Virus record (IMG/VR): IMGVR_UViG_3300029531_000014
Source of the DNA: a virus
Length of the DNA stretch: 41,788 nucleotides
Strand: one strand, 5' to 3'
Of the stretch, positions 15,937 through 23,368 are shown piece after piece (within the stretch, counting starts at the first letter, position 1; each line of letters starts with the position of its first letter). The position numbers and the translations under genes are program-made. A model generated the notes under the pieces. That model worked only from the letters and a program-made list of their open reading frames with translations. It searched no databases and had not been told where the DNA came from.

Positions 15937-16377
15937 TCATCTCTGTTCTTCCCTCCCCGGCCTAAATATCACAACCATGCACGGAAACGGTGCATTCCAT
16001 TTGGCGCCGACAAATTTTAGACGTCCAGGCACAAACCGGATCTCTGCCTGGTGATAGATGTACCGGTGAAACCACTGCGTATCCGTTCTGGCTGGCAGCA
16101 GCATCACGACCGTGGCACCTTCTGCAACGCTGGAAGCCGCTTTTTCGACCCATTTCCCGATCTTCCGTCCATAAGGAGGATTGCACCATACAACACCGGT
16201 CCAGATCTGAGACAATCCGTCTTGCTCTGGGGTGTAGTACCTTTCACACTTCGCATTCCACGGCAGAGCGCATGCGTCCAGGGAAAAACAAAACTCTGCA
16301 TTGAGTTGGTCAAAAAATGCTTGCGGTGTTTCCCAGAGATCCGTTGTGCTGGTAAACATTCCTTTTGTGATACTCAA
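15937..16377 (-). CDS. dam: Phage-type DNA N6-adenine methyltransferase (Dam family)
   Basis: DLWETPQAFFDQLNAEFCFSLDACA...NAKC...VWCNPPYG...LLPARTDTQWFH. The TTG 16377 start overlaps the HNH stop (TTGA); ATG 16359 is an alternative start. Confidence 0.8.
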   Translation of the reverse strand: MSITKGMFTSTTDLWETPQAFFDQLNAEFCFSLDACALPWNAKCERYYTPEQDGLSQIWTGVVWCNPPYGRKIGKWVEKAASSVAEGATVVMLLPARTDTQWFHRYIYHQAEIRFVPGRLKFVGAKWNAPFPCMVVIFRPGREEQR

Positions 16378-17006
16378 TCTTTTCCCCCCAGCGTCGCCAA
16401 TTCCCCGCCGCAAGCTGCGTAGCGCCATTCGTACCCGGCTGTTCTTTTCCTTCGACCTTTCAGCACTGCGCAAATATTTGATGAATCAGCCCCTATACTT
16501 TCTGCCGCGTCTTTAGTTGAACTATACTTTCTAACAACAACTCCATTCTGCAAGCACTCAACCGGAATAGACAATTTAGATGCAATTTTCTTTCTACTCT
16601 CTTTCGATAGAGACCGCCCAAGCAACTGTTTTCGCACTCGATCATATTCTGACGGATTTTTCTCAAAGTGCGCTTTCATGGATTCACTCATTTTCCTTCT
16701 TGCTTGCCCATAATTTACATTATACTTCGTCGTGCACCATTCTAAATTCCTAACATTATTGTTAGATTTGTTTTCGTCTATATGGTTTATAATCGGAAAA
16801 TTATTGGGATTCTCTATAAATGCCTCAGCAACAAGCCTGTGGACAAAAAAATTTTTCCATTTCCCATCATCGTACAGCCTAACCTTTACGTAGCCTCCAT
16901 GCCCTTTCTTTATCGGCTTTAACTCCTTTGTTTTCCCGCGCTTCTTCGAGAAAACTTTTCCGTCTTCGGAAACGAAGTAATCTTTCCCATAATCAATCTT
17001 TTTCAT
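16374..17006 (-). CDS. Free-standing HNH homing endonuclease (NUMOD4/HNH_3/IENR-like)
   Basis: FVHRLVAEAFIENPNNFPIINHIDENKSNNNVRNLEWCT, plus a C-terminal S..AA...G.....I......GRRKRTAGYEW module. The segment is AT-rich compared with its flanks. Confidence 0.8.
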   Translation of the reverse strand: MKKIDYGKDYFVSEDGKVFSKKRGKTKELKPIKKGHGGYVKVRLYDDGKWKNFFVHRLVAEAFIENPNNFPIINHIDENKSNNNVRNLEWCTTKYNVNYGQARRKMSESMKAHFEKNPSEYDRVRKQLLGRSLSKESRKKIASKLSIPVECLQNGVVVRKYSSTKDAAESIGADSSNICAVLKGRRKRTAGYEWRYAACGGELATLGGKD

Positions 17007-17316
17007 ATTCCCCACCTACATCGGTTTCTCTTGTCGCTATTTCTCCTCCGCAGCAACCGTATCCGACCAAATCAATCCAGCTATCAATGTGCTCAGGGTT
17101 TACAGATGCCCGAGCAATCTTGAGCAAGGCCATCATGGCCGCCACATCCTCCGGCTCTAACTGTACATGGACCCCAGCGGCAACACACTTCGCACTGAGG
17201 TAGGTGTGCCAGAATTCCGCAATCAAACGGAAGCTATTTTCTGGAATTCCATAATCCTGCTCCCGATCTCCACACACGCACTTCTCCGCAGCGGCGAGAA
17301 TTTCTTTTCTTGTCAT
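16993..17316 (-). CDS. DUF6378-like phage protein
   Basis: GDREQDYGIPENSFRLIAEFW...EDVAAMMALLKIARA...DSWIDLVGY. Confidence 0.55.
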   Translation of the reverse strand: MTRKEILAAAEKCVCGDREQDYGIPENSFRLIAEFWHTYLSAKCVAAGVHVQLEPEDVAAMMALLKIARASVNPEHIDSWIDLVGYGCCGGEIATRETDVGGEYEKD

Positions 17317-17394
17317 GGGGTCTCCTCCTTCTTCTTCGCTGGCTTTCCATACCGCTTAGCGATATAGCACTTTCTGCTGCAATAAATTTCGTTT

Positions 17395-17946
17395 TTAGCG
17401 ATCGCAAGGAATTTCGTCTTGCACACCGGGCAGGTTTTGATCTCGCTCTTTTTTTCTCTCACCTTGCTTCCCTCCGTGCAAATATGCTACCCGCTTATCA
17501 ATGCAAGCCTGGCATAATTTCTTCCCCGGCACAACATCGGGAGATTTGCAGAAAAAACAGGTTTCTCCACTCAGCGCCATTTCCCAAGTCCTTTGACCCT
17601 CTTGATTTCGTTTTTCTCGCTCACGGTTCCTATGCTTTATGCGACACCGCTCACAGAGGGAATGCCCGTCATTAGGTTTTTTCTTGTAGCAATTCGGGCA
17701 AATGTTTTCTTCGACCATTTTTGCATACCGCTTTCGGCTTTCTTCCCTCATTTTTTCTGCGTATTCTGGTTTGCTTCTTTTGTTTTCGCTCCAACGCCTT
17801 GACTTTTGATTGCAATATTCACACATCGCTCTCCCAGCCATTGTGTAGGCGTCTTCTCTTCCGCAGATAGTGCATAGGCCGCTCTCCCGTCTGACCTTTC
17901 TACGCCGCCTTTCAAATTCTCTATCTGCTTCTGTATGCATTCCCAT
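17395..17946 (-). CDS. Cys-rich multi-CxxC basic protein
   Basis: At least five CxxC pairs (CTIC, CEYC, CPNC, CERC, CQAC) in an Arg/Lys-rich context. ATG 17946 follows GGTGGTGA. Confidence 0.6.
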   Translation of the reverse strand: MGMHTEADREFERRRRKVRRESGLCTICGREDAYTMAGRAMCEYCNQKSRRWSENKRSKPEYAEKMREESRKRYAKMVEENICPNCYKKKPNDGHSLCERCRIKHRNREREKRNQEGQRTWEMALSGETCFFCKSPDVVPGKKLCQACIDKRVAYLHGGKQGERKKERDQNLPGVQDEIPCDR

Positions 17947-17948
17947 AT

Positions 17949-18479
17949 TCAATCACCACCAGACAATTCCTGATAGATCCGGCTGGCCACCACATCCCGG
18001 CTGCCCTGGTACTTTCCGTGATATTGTCTTAAAATCTCGCCGGTGGTGGTCTGATAATAAATTTGGCAAATCTCCATGCCGGGGTACACCCGCACCGGCT
18101 GCACGCAGGTCAGTTCCAGGGTCCAGTTCCCAGAGAAGCCCACATCGCCAAACCCGGCGGTCACGTGGACAAAGATGCCCAAGCGGCCAATGGAGGACCG
18201 GCCCACCAGCATGGGGACCAGGTTGTGGGTCTCGGTATATTCCATGGTTTTGGCCAGGTAGAGCCGCCCGGGGTGCAGCACCAGGCCCTCCTCCGGGATC
18301 ACCAGCCGCCCCGTCCGGTTGTCCTGCTTCGGGTCCAGGACGGCCTCCTTATAGGCCATCAGCTCGGGGGACAGCCGCAGGTTGTAGCTGTTTGGGCCCA
18401 GCCGGGATTCATCCCAATCGCTGATGATGATATTGCCCGCCCCCCGTTGGAGTTTGATTTCATTGCCCGTTAGAATCAT
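17949..18479 (-). CDS. dcd: dCTP deaminase (dUTPase superfamily)
   Basis: MILTGNEI...GPNSYNLRL...VGRSSIGRLGIFVHVTAGFGDVGFSGNWTLEL. Confidence 0.85.
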   Translation of the reverse strand: MILTGNEIKLQRGAGNIIISDWDESRLGPNSYNLRLSPELMAYKEAVLDPKQDNRTGRLVIPEEGLVLHPGRLYLAKTMEYTETHNLVPMLVGRSSIGRLGIFVHVTAGFGDVGFSGNWTLELTCVQPVRVYPGMEICQIYYQTTTGEILRQYHGKYQGSRDVVASRIYQELSGGD

Positions 18480-18646
18480 GTCGTCTCCTCCAGTTTTATC
18501 TGTTCTGGTTTGAATGCGCTGTCTTTGATGTCCACATAACGCACGGTCCCGTATTTCTCCAGGTCACAAGCAATCGCCTCCCGCGTTCCTTCGGGATTCT
18601 CAAGGCTGGACGGAATGGGCCGCAGCTTTACGGTGATCTCCCACAT
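18476..18646 (-). CDS. Small hypothetical protein (56 aa) between the MazF-like gene and dcd
   Basis: MWEITVKLRPIPSSLENPEGTREAIACDLEKYGTVRYVDIKDSAFKPEQIKLEETT. The ATG is 3 nt after the MazF-like stop, and its TGA overlaps the dcd ATG. Confidence 0.45.
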   Translation of the reverse strand: MWEITVKLRPIPSSLENPEGTREAIACDLEKYGTVRYVDIKDSAFKPEQIKLEETT

Positions 18647-18649
18647 GGC

Positions 18650-18970
18650 TCAAAGCTCCAACAGGCGGCAGAGGGTCCCCTCTACCCGGGCCATGGCATG
18701 CCGTGAGAGGTAGTCCTTTCTGCGCTGCAAGCTGCGCTCCGGCAGCGATTTGACGTGCTCCAGGACCGCCACATAGGTTTTGCCTTGGACACTCTCCACG
18801 GCGATATGGGACGCCGCCGCGTAGCGTTCCCGGGACACCAAGGGCGCCGCCACCACGCATCCGGTTTCCCGGTTGTTCTCGGCGGAAGAGAGAATCAGCA
18901 CCGGTCTGCCGTAGTCTTTCTTTCCGCCTCGGTATCGGTCGGTTATGTAAATTTCGCCTTTGTGAATCAT
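18650..18970 (-). CDS. MazF/PemK-family toxin-like endoribonuclease
   Basis: GEIYITD...GRPVLILSSAENNRETGCVVAAPLVS...VAVLEHVKSLPERSL aligns by eye with E. coli MazF (GDLIWVDF...HRPAVVLS...TGMCLCVPCT...DQVKSI). Confidence 0.65.
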   Translation of the reverse strand: MIHKGEIYITDRYRGGKKDYGRPVLILSSAENNRETGCVVAAPLVSRERYAAASHIAVESVQGKTYVAVLEHVKSLPERSLQRRKDYLSRHAMARVEGTLCRLLEL

Positions 18971-19794
18971 GTCTGCCTCCTTGCTGTCCGCCAGTTCCTT
19001 GCTCTGGAACAGTCCATGTAATATCCGCCTGCCATCTCAAACAGCCTTGAGCCGATGGCTTCATCGCCCCGGAGAATCGCCTCCAGCGTGTTCTCGCTGG
19101 AAAGGATGGTGGGCTTTTTGCTGATGTATCGCGCGTTAATCAGCTCGAATGCCAGGTGCACGTCCGCCGGTCGAATTTCCCCCTTCCAGAAGTCATCCAG
19201 ATAGAGCAGCGGCGTATTTTTCAAGGGTTCGGTTTCCTCCCGGAAATCGTCCCGGTCATTTCCAACCGCCTTGGCCCTTCGCGCAAACTCCCGCCACGAA
19301 ACATATAGGCCGGGTTTGCCGCCCTCAACGATGGCCCGGAAAATGGTGGTGCATAACGTCGTTTTCCCGCAGCCCGGGGTCCCGCAGATGATGAACCAGG
19401 AGGGATCTCCCGCCGCGATTTGCTGTACGTAGTCTTGCGCCATGGCAAGTGCTCTCCTCTGCCAGTTCTCCGGCGTTTTCCAGTTCTCCCAGGTACAAGC
19501 CGCCAAGGCATCCGGCGGGATTCCGCTGCGGTCCATGGCCCCCATGGCGTCACGGATGCTCTGGCATTTGCAGCGCTGAAACCGCAGCGCCCCATTTTCC
19601 TCCACCGTCATGTACCCGCCCCGGTCATGGCACGTGGGGCAATGATAGCCTTTCAGCGTCCCGGGGGTCGCGTTGAAAAGTTCCGCCCGTTTCCGCTGTG
19701 CTGCGAAGAAATCAAAACGGTTCGTCGTCCCAGCATCCGTCAGTCGCGGAGGGGAGTTTGTCGATGATTGGGCCCTTGTTGGGAAGTCTTGCAA
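18967..19794 (-). CDS. DnaC/IstB-like helicase loader ATPase
   Basis: Walker A motif GTPGCGKT and Walker B motif LLYLDDF, with an N-terminal CPTC zinc motif. TTG 19794 lies 9 nt after AAGGAGG (ATG 19803 is adjacent to the SD). It overlaps the upstream gene by about 83 nt. Confidence 0.75.
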   Translation of the reverse strand: MQDFPTRAQSSTNSPPRLTDAGTTNRFDFFAAQRKRAELFNATPGTLKGYHCPTCHDRGGYMTVEENGALRFQRCKCQSIRDAMGAMDRSGIPPDALAACTWENWKTPENWQRRALAMAQDYVQQIAAGDPSWFIICGTPGCGKTTLCTTIFRAIVEGGKPGLYVSWREFARRAKAVGNDRDDFREETEPLKNTPLLYLDDFWKGEIRPADVHLAFELINARYISKKPTILSSENTLEAILRGDEAIGSRLFEMAGGYYMDCSRARNWRTARRQT

Positions 19795-20425
19795 ATGGAT
19801 CATCCTCCTTTGCCCGCTTTTTCTTCTCGTCCTGGAGCCGGGTTACCACCCAGTTCAGAATGGCTCTGTAATCGCTCTTGTAGGTCTTCCCCGTCGCCCC
19901 TTTGTAGTTGTCCAGAATCTCGATCAAACGCTCGGTGTCGGCGGGGCCATGAGTGTCAAGCAGCTTCTGGTGCTCGGCATTGGTCATGGAAACAAACTCC
20001 GCCCATTGGACCTTGGGCCCTTGTTCGGATTCTCCGGCAGTTTTTTTCTTCTCCGTTTTCGCGCGCGCCCTTTTACGTGGGGGGGTGGGAGAGAAAGGGG
20101 GATTATAGGGGGATAGAGAGATAGGGGTTTCAGGGGAAAGAGAGGAAGGGGGAAGAAAGGGGGGAGGAGAGGGCGGGGGTGCGTTACTGTAACTGTTACT
20201 GTAACGGTTACAGTAACGCTCTCTATACTTTTTTACCCTGTCCGCAGTCTTTTTCCGGGCCGCAATCTTCTTTCGGATTGATGCCAAAGAATCTCGTTCC
20301 ACTTCCCCCCAATCCTCTGCTGCCTCTCCCCCAGCGAGAAGGGCGAAAAACACCCGATCTCGCTGGATGCTGGAGAGGTTGAGAAGCAACGTCCTGTCCT
20401 CTTCCGTGAAAGAAAGTGTAATCAT
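19712..20425 (-). CDS. Replisome organiser / DnaD-like replication initiation protein
   Basis: C-terminal VSMTNAEHQKLLDTHGPADTERLIEILDNYKGATGKTYKSDYRAILNWV pattern. It lies upstream of the DnaC-like gene. Its central low-complexity Pro/Ser linker is encoded by the repeat block. Confidence 0.55.
   Translation of the reverse strand: MITLSFTEEDRTLLLNLSSIQRDRVFFALLAGGEAAEDWGEVERDSLASIRKKIAARKKTADRVKKYRERYCNRYSNSYSNAPPPSPPPFLPPSSLSPETPISLSPYNPPFSPTPPRKRARAKTEKKKTAGESEQGPKVQWAEFVSMTNAEHQKLLDTHGPADTERLIEILDNYKGATGKTYKSDYRAILNWVVTRLQDEKKKRAKEDDPFARLPNKGPIIDKLPSATDGCWDDEPF
20078..20219. repeat. Candidate origin of replication: about 100-nt homopurine G-tract block plus GTTAC/GTAAC palindrome cluster
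   Basis: 13-bp inverted repeat GCGTTACTGTAAC (20181..20193) / GTTACAGTAACGC (20207..20219) flanks TGTTACTGTAACG. It is preceded by GGGGGGGTGGGAGAGAAAGGGGGATTATAGGGGG... Confidence 0.4.
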
Positions 20426-20449
20426 CTTTTGCCTTCTTCCCTGTTGAAA

Positions 20450-20647
20450 TCATAAGCGAATCCCAGAGGTATAGATCGAACCCCCGCGTTTGGATAAGAA
20501 GGCTTTCAATTCGTCCGGGGGAAAATAAACCCGGGCGCCAATATTGATTCCTTGAATGAACTTGGCTGCTCTCAACCTGTCCAATGTGTCCACACTGATA
20601 TTAAGGGTCTGAGCGGCCTCTTTCCGGGTCAACAGCAATTTTTCCAT
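20450..20647 (-). CDS. HTH_17 / excisionase-family DNA-binding protein
   Basis: MEKLLLTRKEAAQTLNISVDTLDRLRAAKFIQGINIGARVYFPPDEL. ATG 20647 follows GAAAGGAG. Confidence 0.65.
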   Translation of the reverse strand: MEKLLLTRKEAAQTLNISVDTLDRLRAAKFIQGINIGARVYFPPDELKAFLSKRGGSIYTSGIRL

Positions 20648-20661
20648 TTTATGCTCCTTTC

Positions 20662-21261
20662 TCAAAACGGCAGCGGTCCGTCCCCACTGTCATTGTCCCA
20701 GGGCAAGGGCCCATCATCAGGAATGGCGGCGAAGCCGTTCGAGGGCGCTGTGGCCTTTTTCAAGGGCTTATCCGGGGGCAAGGTGTATTCCCCGTTGCGG
20801 ACCCGATCTGCGCTCATGGCGCGGAAAGGACGTACCGCCCAGCCGGTTTTCCCGTTATAGGACCATTCCTCATTCCGGAAGAGGATGCCCACCAACTTTC
20901 CCACCAGGGAAGTTTCCTCCCAGTTCCAGGTGTAGCCGGGGTTGGAGTGCTCAAAGGCGGTGGTCAAGCCTTTGAAGGAGCTCTTTGTCCGTTCGTCGTT
21001 GTCAGTCCCATCGTCTTTGGGCAAGAACTGACGAATAACCCCCTTCCACTTTTTATCCTGCATGGTGTTGGCCTTAAACTCTTTGGAGAAGAACCCTCTC
21101 TGCTCTCCCTCCTCAATGTCGAAGAGGATCAGCAGCTGGGGACCATAATTGGTATCCGCAAAGGATACCTGCTTGACCCGGCAGACATAGGCGTCCAGGG
21201 GGAGTTTGGGACGGTCATAGAACTCCTGCACGGAATCCCAATTTTTCGGTTTTTGAATCAT
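20662..21261 (-). CDS. ssDNA-binding-like protein (DUF669-type) with SSB-like C-terminal tip
   Basis: It ends ...DNDSGDGPLPF, resembling the SSB D-D-D-I-P-F tip. It pairs with the upstream AAA_24-like ATPase, as in Sak4-type recombination modules. Confidence 0.5.
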   Translation of the reverse strand: MIQKPKNWDSVQEFYDRPKLPLDAYVCRVKQVSFADTNYGPQLLILFDIEEGEQRGFFSKEFKANTMQDKKWKGVIRQFLPKDDGTDNDERTKSSFKGLTTAFEHSNPGYTWNWEETSLVGKLVGILFRNEEWSYNGKTGWAVRPFRAMSADRVRNGEYTLPPDKPLKKATAPSNGFAAIPDDGPLPWDNDSGDGPLPF

Positions 21262-21341
21262 AGTTTTTGTTCCTCCTTGCGATTCATATCCATTTCGTGA
21301 TAAGATTAATTATCTCTTACAATTACGAAAGGAAAAACGTT

Positions 21342-21560
21342 ATGTTATTCTCGTTTGTCTGCAAATGTAAATATTGCAAAAAAGCAATTCACATTGACCG
21401 GTCCATGAATGATACCCACGAAATAATCTGTCCGTTATGTGGCCAAGCAGCAGAGTATAGGGATATGGGGCACATTCAACATTTGATGGATACAATTCAA
21501 ACAGCATCAGAAAGAAATGGTCTGCTCGAAATTCAAGAAATCAAAGTTTACGATTTTTGA
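21342..21560 (+). CDS. Small zinc-ribbon protein on the opposite strand (72 aa)
   Basis: MLFSFVCKCKYCKKAIHIDRSMNDTHEIICPLCGQ... ATG 21342 follows AAAGGAAAAACGTT. It lies in an AT-rich island and its 3' end overlaps a minus-strand gene by 13 nt. Confidence 0.55.
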   Translation: MLFSFVCKCKYCKKAIHIDRSMNDTHEIICPLCGQAAEYRDMGHIQHLMDTIQTASERNGLLEIQEIKVYDF

Positions 21561-21703
21561 TTTAATTCATTTCGGATTGTATCCAGAATACCGATCATGG
21601 AGAAAATGACTTCTTCCTGGTAATGGATAAGTCTTAAACAGGACTTTAACAGCCTGTCTAATTCTTCATTGATGTCAGCTTTGTTCTCCGGTGCTTGAAT
21701 CAT
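21548..21703 (-). CDS. Small hypothetical protein (51 aa)
   Basis: ATG 21703 follows AAGGAGGAACAAAGCGA and has an ATGA overlap with the upstream gene. Confidence 0.5.
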   Translation of the reverse strand: MIQAPENKADINEELDRLLKSCLRLIHYQEEVIFSMIGILDTIRNELNQKS

Positions 21704-21933
21704 TCGCTTTGTTCCTCCTTGGTGTAAAATATAAGGGGGCATCTACTCCCGATGTATTTGTCTGGGTACTCGCAAATTTCCCCGTTGAGACCGCAGCTGC
21801 GGTAGTTGCGGCGGTAGTATTTGCACTGATAGCAGCTAATGTCCACGTTATCCTTAAAGTCAACGGGAAACGTCACCTCAACCATGGCGCGGGCGCGGAT
21901 ATATTCCTTCACCCCGCGGGAGAATTTAGCCAT
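21700..21933 (-). CDS. Small Cys-rich hypothetical protein (77 aa)
   Basis: ATG 21933 follows AAGGAGGCGACAGACA. Contains CYQCKYYRRNYRSCGLNGEICEY. Confidence 0.55.
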   Translation of the reverse strand: MAKFSRGVKEYIRARAMVEVTFPVDFKDNVDISCYQCKYYRRNYRSCGLNGEICEYPDKYIGSRCPLIFYTKEEQSE

Positions 21934-22573
21934 TGTCTGTCGCCTCCTTGGGAGATGTGGTGGGGAGCAGCCCCCAATACTCTCTAATCTGCTGATCGAC
22001 AAATTTCAGGTCATTCTCAATCTCCAGGTCAAACATTTCTTCGGGCGACTTGGAAATGTCCATTCCATTGGATTGGGTGCGGAAGAAATGGCGGTCCCCT
22101 TCCACCATGCAGCGCAGACAGATTGTGACCATCCCCTCAATGCAAACCTTCTCGTCCAGCAGCTTTCCAATGGTCCGCAGCTTGGTTTCTCCAAAATCGG
22201 ATGTAGTTTCGTGCATGAGGATATAGACGATGACATCCTCTGGAAGCTGCGACTGGATGAACATCAGCAGCCGCCAGAAATTGTCCGCGATATCGTTGTA
22301 GAGGTCGAACGTAGAACTTCCCGACTTGGGTGCGGAATGACCTTTCATGAAAGTGTTCGTCAAAAGGTACCCAGCGTCATCAATGACAGCGGTTTTGGTG
22401 GGCATCTTTTGCAGGCCAGTGGTAATGGTCTGGTAGCTGTCTGTCTTCATCTGGTATCGGAAGGCCACGGGGAAAGGCAAGCGTTTGCCCACCACGTTAA
22501 TCAAAAAGATTTCATCTGGGGCAAAGTTTTTCAGGGAACGGGACTTCCCAGACCCGCTCTTGCCATAAATCAA
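21926..22573 (-). CDS. P-loop ATPase (AAA_24 / Sak4-like recombination protein)
   Basis: Walker A motif YGKSGSGKS and Walker B motif AVIDDAGY. The start is uncertain: TTG 22573, or a non-canonical ATC/ATT codon a few codons upstream closer to the SD. Confidence 0.65.
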   Translation of the reverse strand: MIYGKSGSGKSRSLKNFAPDEIFLINVVGKRLPFPVAFRYQMKTDSYQTITTGLQKMPTKTAVIDDAGYLLTNTFMKGHSAPKSGSSTFDLYNDIADNFWRLLMFIQSQLPEDVIVYILMHETTSDFGETKLRTIGKLLDEKVCIEGMVTICLRCMVEGDRHFFRTQSNGMDISKSPEEMFDLEIENDLKFVDQQIREYWGLLPTTSPKEATDNG

Positions 22574-22591
22574 AACTGGAATCCCGATAAG

Positions 22592-22795
22592 TCATTCCCC
22601 CTTTTCGCCGCAGTCCAGGTATTCCTGGAATAGGTCCATCTTCTCATCCAGATAGGCCGACATGGTGAAACTGTTATATAAGAACATGTAATCCATGAAG
22701 TCGTCCAGGCATGTGTCCATAATAAAGTTCCGGCATGTCCTGGCAGAAACCTCTATAACCACCTTTTTGGGGAAAAAGTTAATTCGTTCCTCCAT
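22592..22795 (-). CDS. Hypothetical protein
   Basis: 67 aa. ATG 22795 follows TGGAGGTTTGTCAAG. Confidence 0.55.
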   Translation of the reverse strand: MEERINFFPKKVVIEVSARTCRNFIMDTCLDDFMDYMFLYNSFTMSAYLDEKMDLFQEYLDCGEKGE

Positions 22796-22796
22796 C

Positions 22797-22824
22797 TTGA
22801 CAAACCTCCAATTTTTGTTACAAT
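22797..22824 (+). promoter_or_regulatory. Plus-strand sigmaA-like promoter TTGACA-16-TACAAT
   Basis: -35 at 22797..22802 and -10 at 22819..22824, in the gap between two minus-strand early genes. Confidence 0.5.
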
Positions 22825-22830
22825 AAAGTT

Positions 22831-22915
22831 AAGCGGAAGAAACATAGCTTATTTTTTCAAGTATTCTCCTTTCTGAACTCTGCCGGTGCTGCAAACCGGC
22901 AGAGTTCATTTTTCG
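22831..22915 (+). ncRNA. Candidate roughly 85-nt antisense sRNA (promoter plus intrinsic terminator unit)
   Basis: Bounded by the promoter above and a 13-bp hairpin with a T-run. It contains UUCUCCUUUC (anti-SD-like) and has no ORF. Confidence 0.45.
22874..22913 (+). terminator. Rho-independent terminator oriented for the plus strand
   Basis: TGAACTCTGCCGG-tgctgcaaa-CCGGCAGAGTTCA followed by TTTTTCGCTTTTT. There is no U-tract in the minus orientation. Confidence 0.6.
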
Positions 22916-23253
22916 CTTTTTCCACGGAGTTCTTTTTTCCATCGGGTGATAACCGTGGTATTCACGCCGTAATGGTCGATCAGCTCATGGTATCGAAGAA
23001 GCTTCTCCTTCTCTGGGAAGTCCTCCGGCATGGGAATAAGGGGGCGGCCCTGCTTCGTGCGAAACTCACGCGGACAGCGCCCGTTGCAATCTGGATTGGT
23101 ACAGTGCAAGCACTTCTGGATTTTCTCCGGGGAATCCCACACAGGGACAACCCCATTTTTGCTCTTTCGCCGGTCACAGCCGGGCCCAGAGGGAACGGTG
23201 TTCCAAGGCTTCCTCCCTTCGGTCTGCACCTTGACCCCGTTGATCTTCACCAT
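22906..23253 (-). CDS. Hypothetical protein with Cys cluster and C-terminal HTH-like segment
   Basis: CLHCTNPDCNGRC ... LIDHYGVNTTVITRWKKEL. Confidence 0.55.
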   Translation of the reverse strand: MVKINGVKVQTEGRKPWNTVPSGPGCDRRKSKNGVVPVWDSPEKIQKCLHCTNPDCNGRCPREFRTKQGRPLIPMPEDFPEKEKLLRYHELIDHYGVNTTVITRWKKELRGKSEK

Positions 23254-23368
23254 ATCCCCACCCCCTTTCGCACCTGGGGCAGAGATATACCTTCTCTCCA
23301 GGTTCCAGGGCGGACACGTTCCACCGCTGCTTGCACCGGCGGCAGAGACGATACACCGCGCCCCTCAT
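23174..23368 (-). CDS. Small zinc-ribbon protein
   Basis: CRRCKQRWNVSALEPGEKVYLCPRC. ATGA overlap with the upstream ORF. Its 3' 80 nt overlap the next ORF. Confidence 0.45.
   Translation of the reverse strand: MRGAVYRLCRRCKQRWNVSALEPGEKVYLCPRCERGWGYGEDQRGQGADRREEALEHRSLWARL

Noticed and set aside
18600-19595. Alternative-frame minus ORFs in the GC-rich block (18600..19064, 19221..19595)
   Set aside because: They overlap the MazF-like and DnaC-like frames, which have clear family motifs. Their Arg/Gly/Pro-rich translations are typical of off-frame reading in GC-rich DNA.
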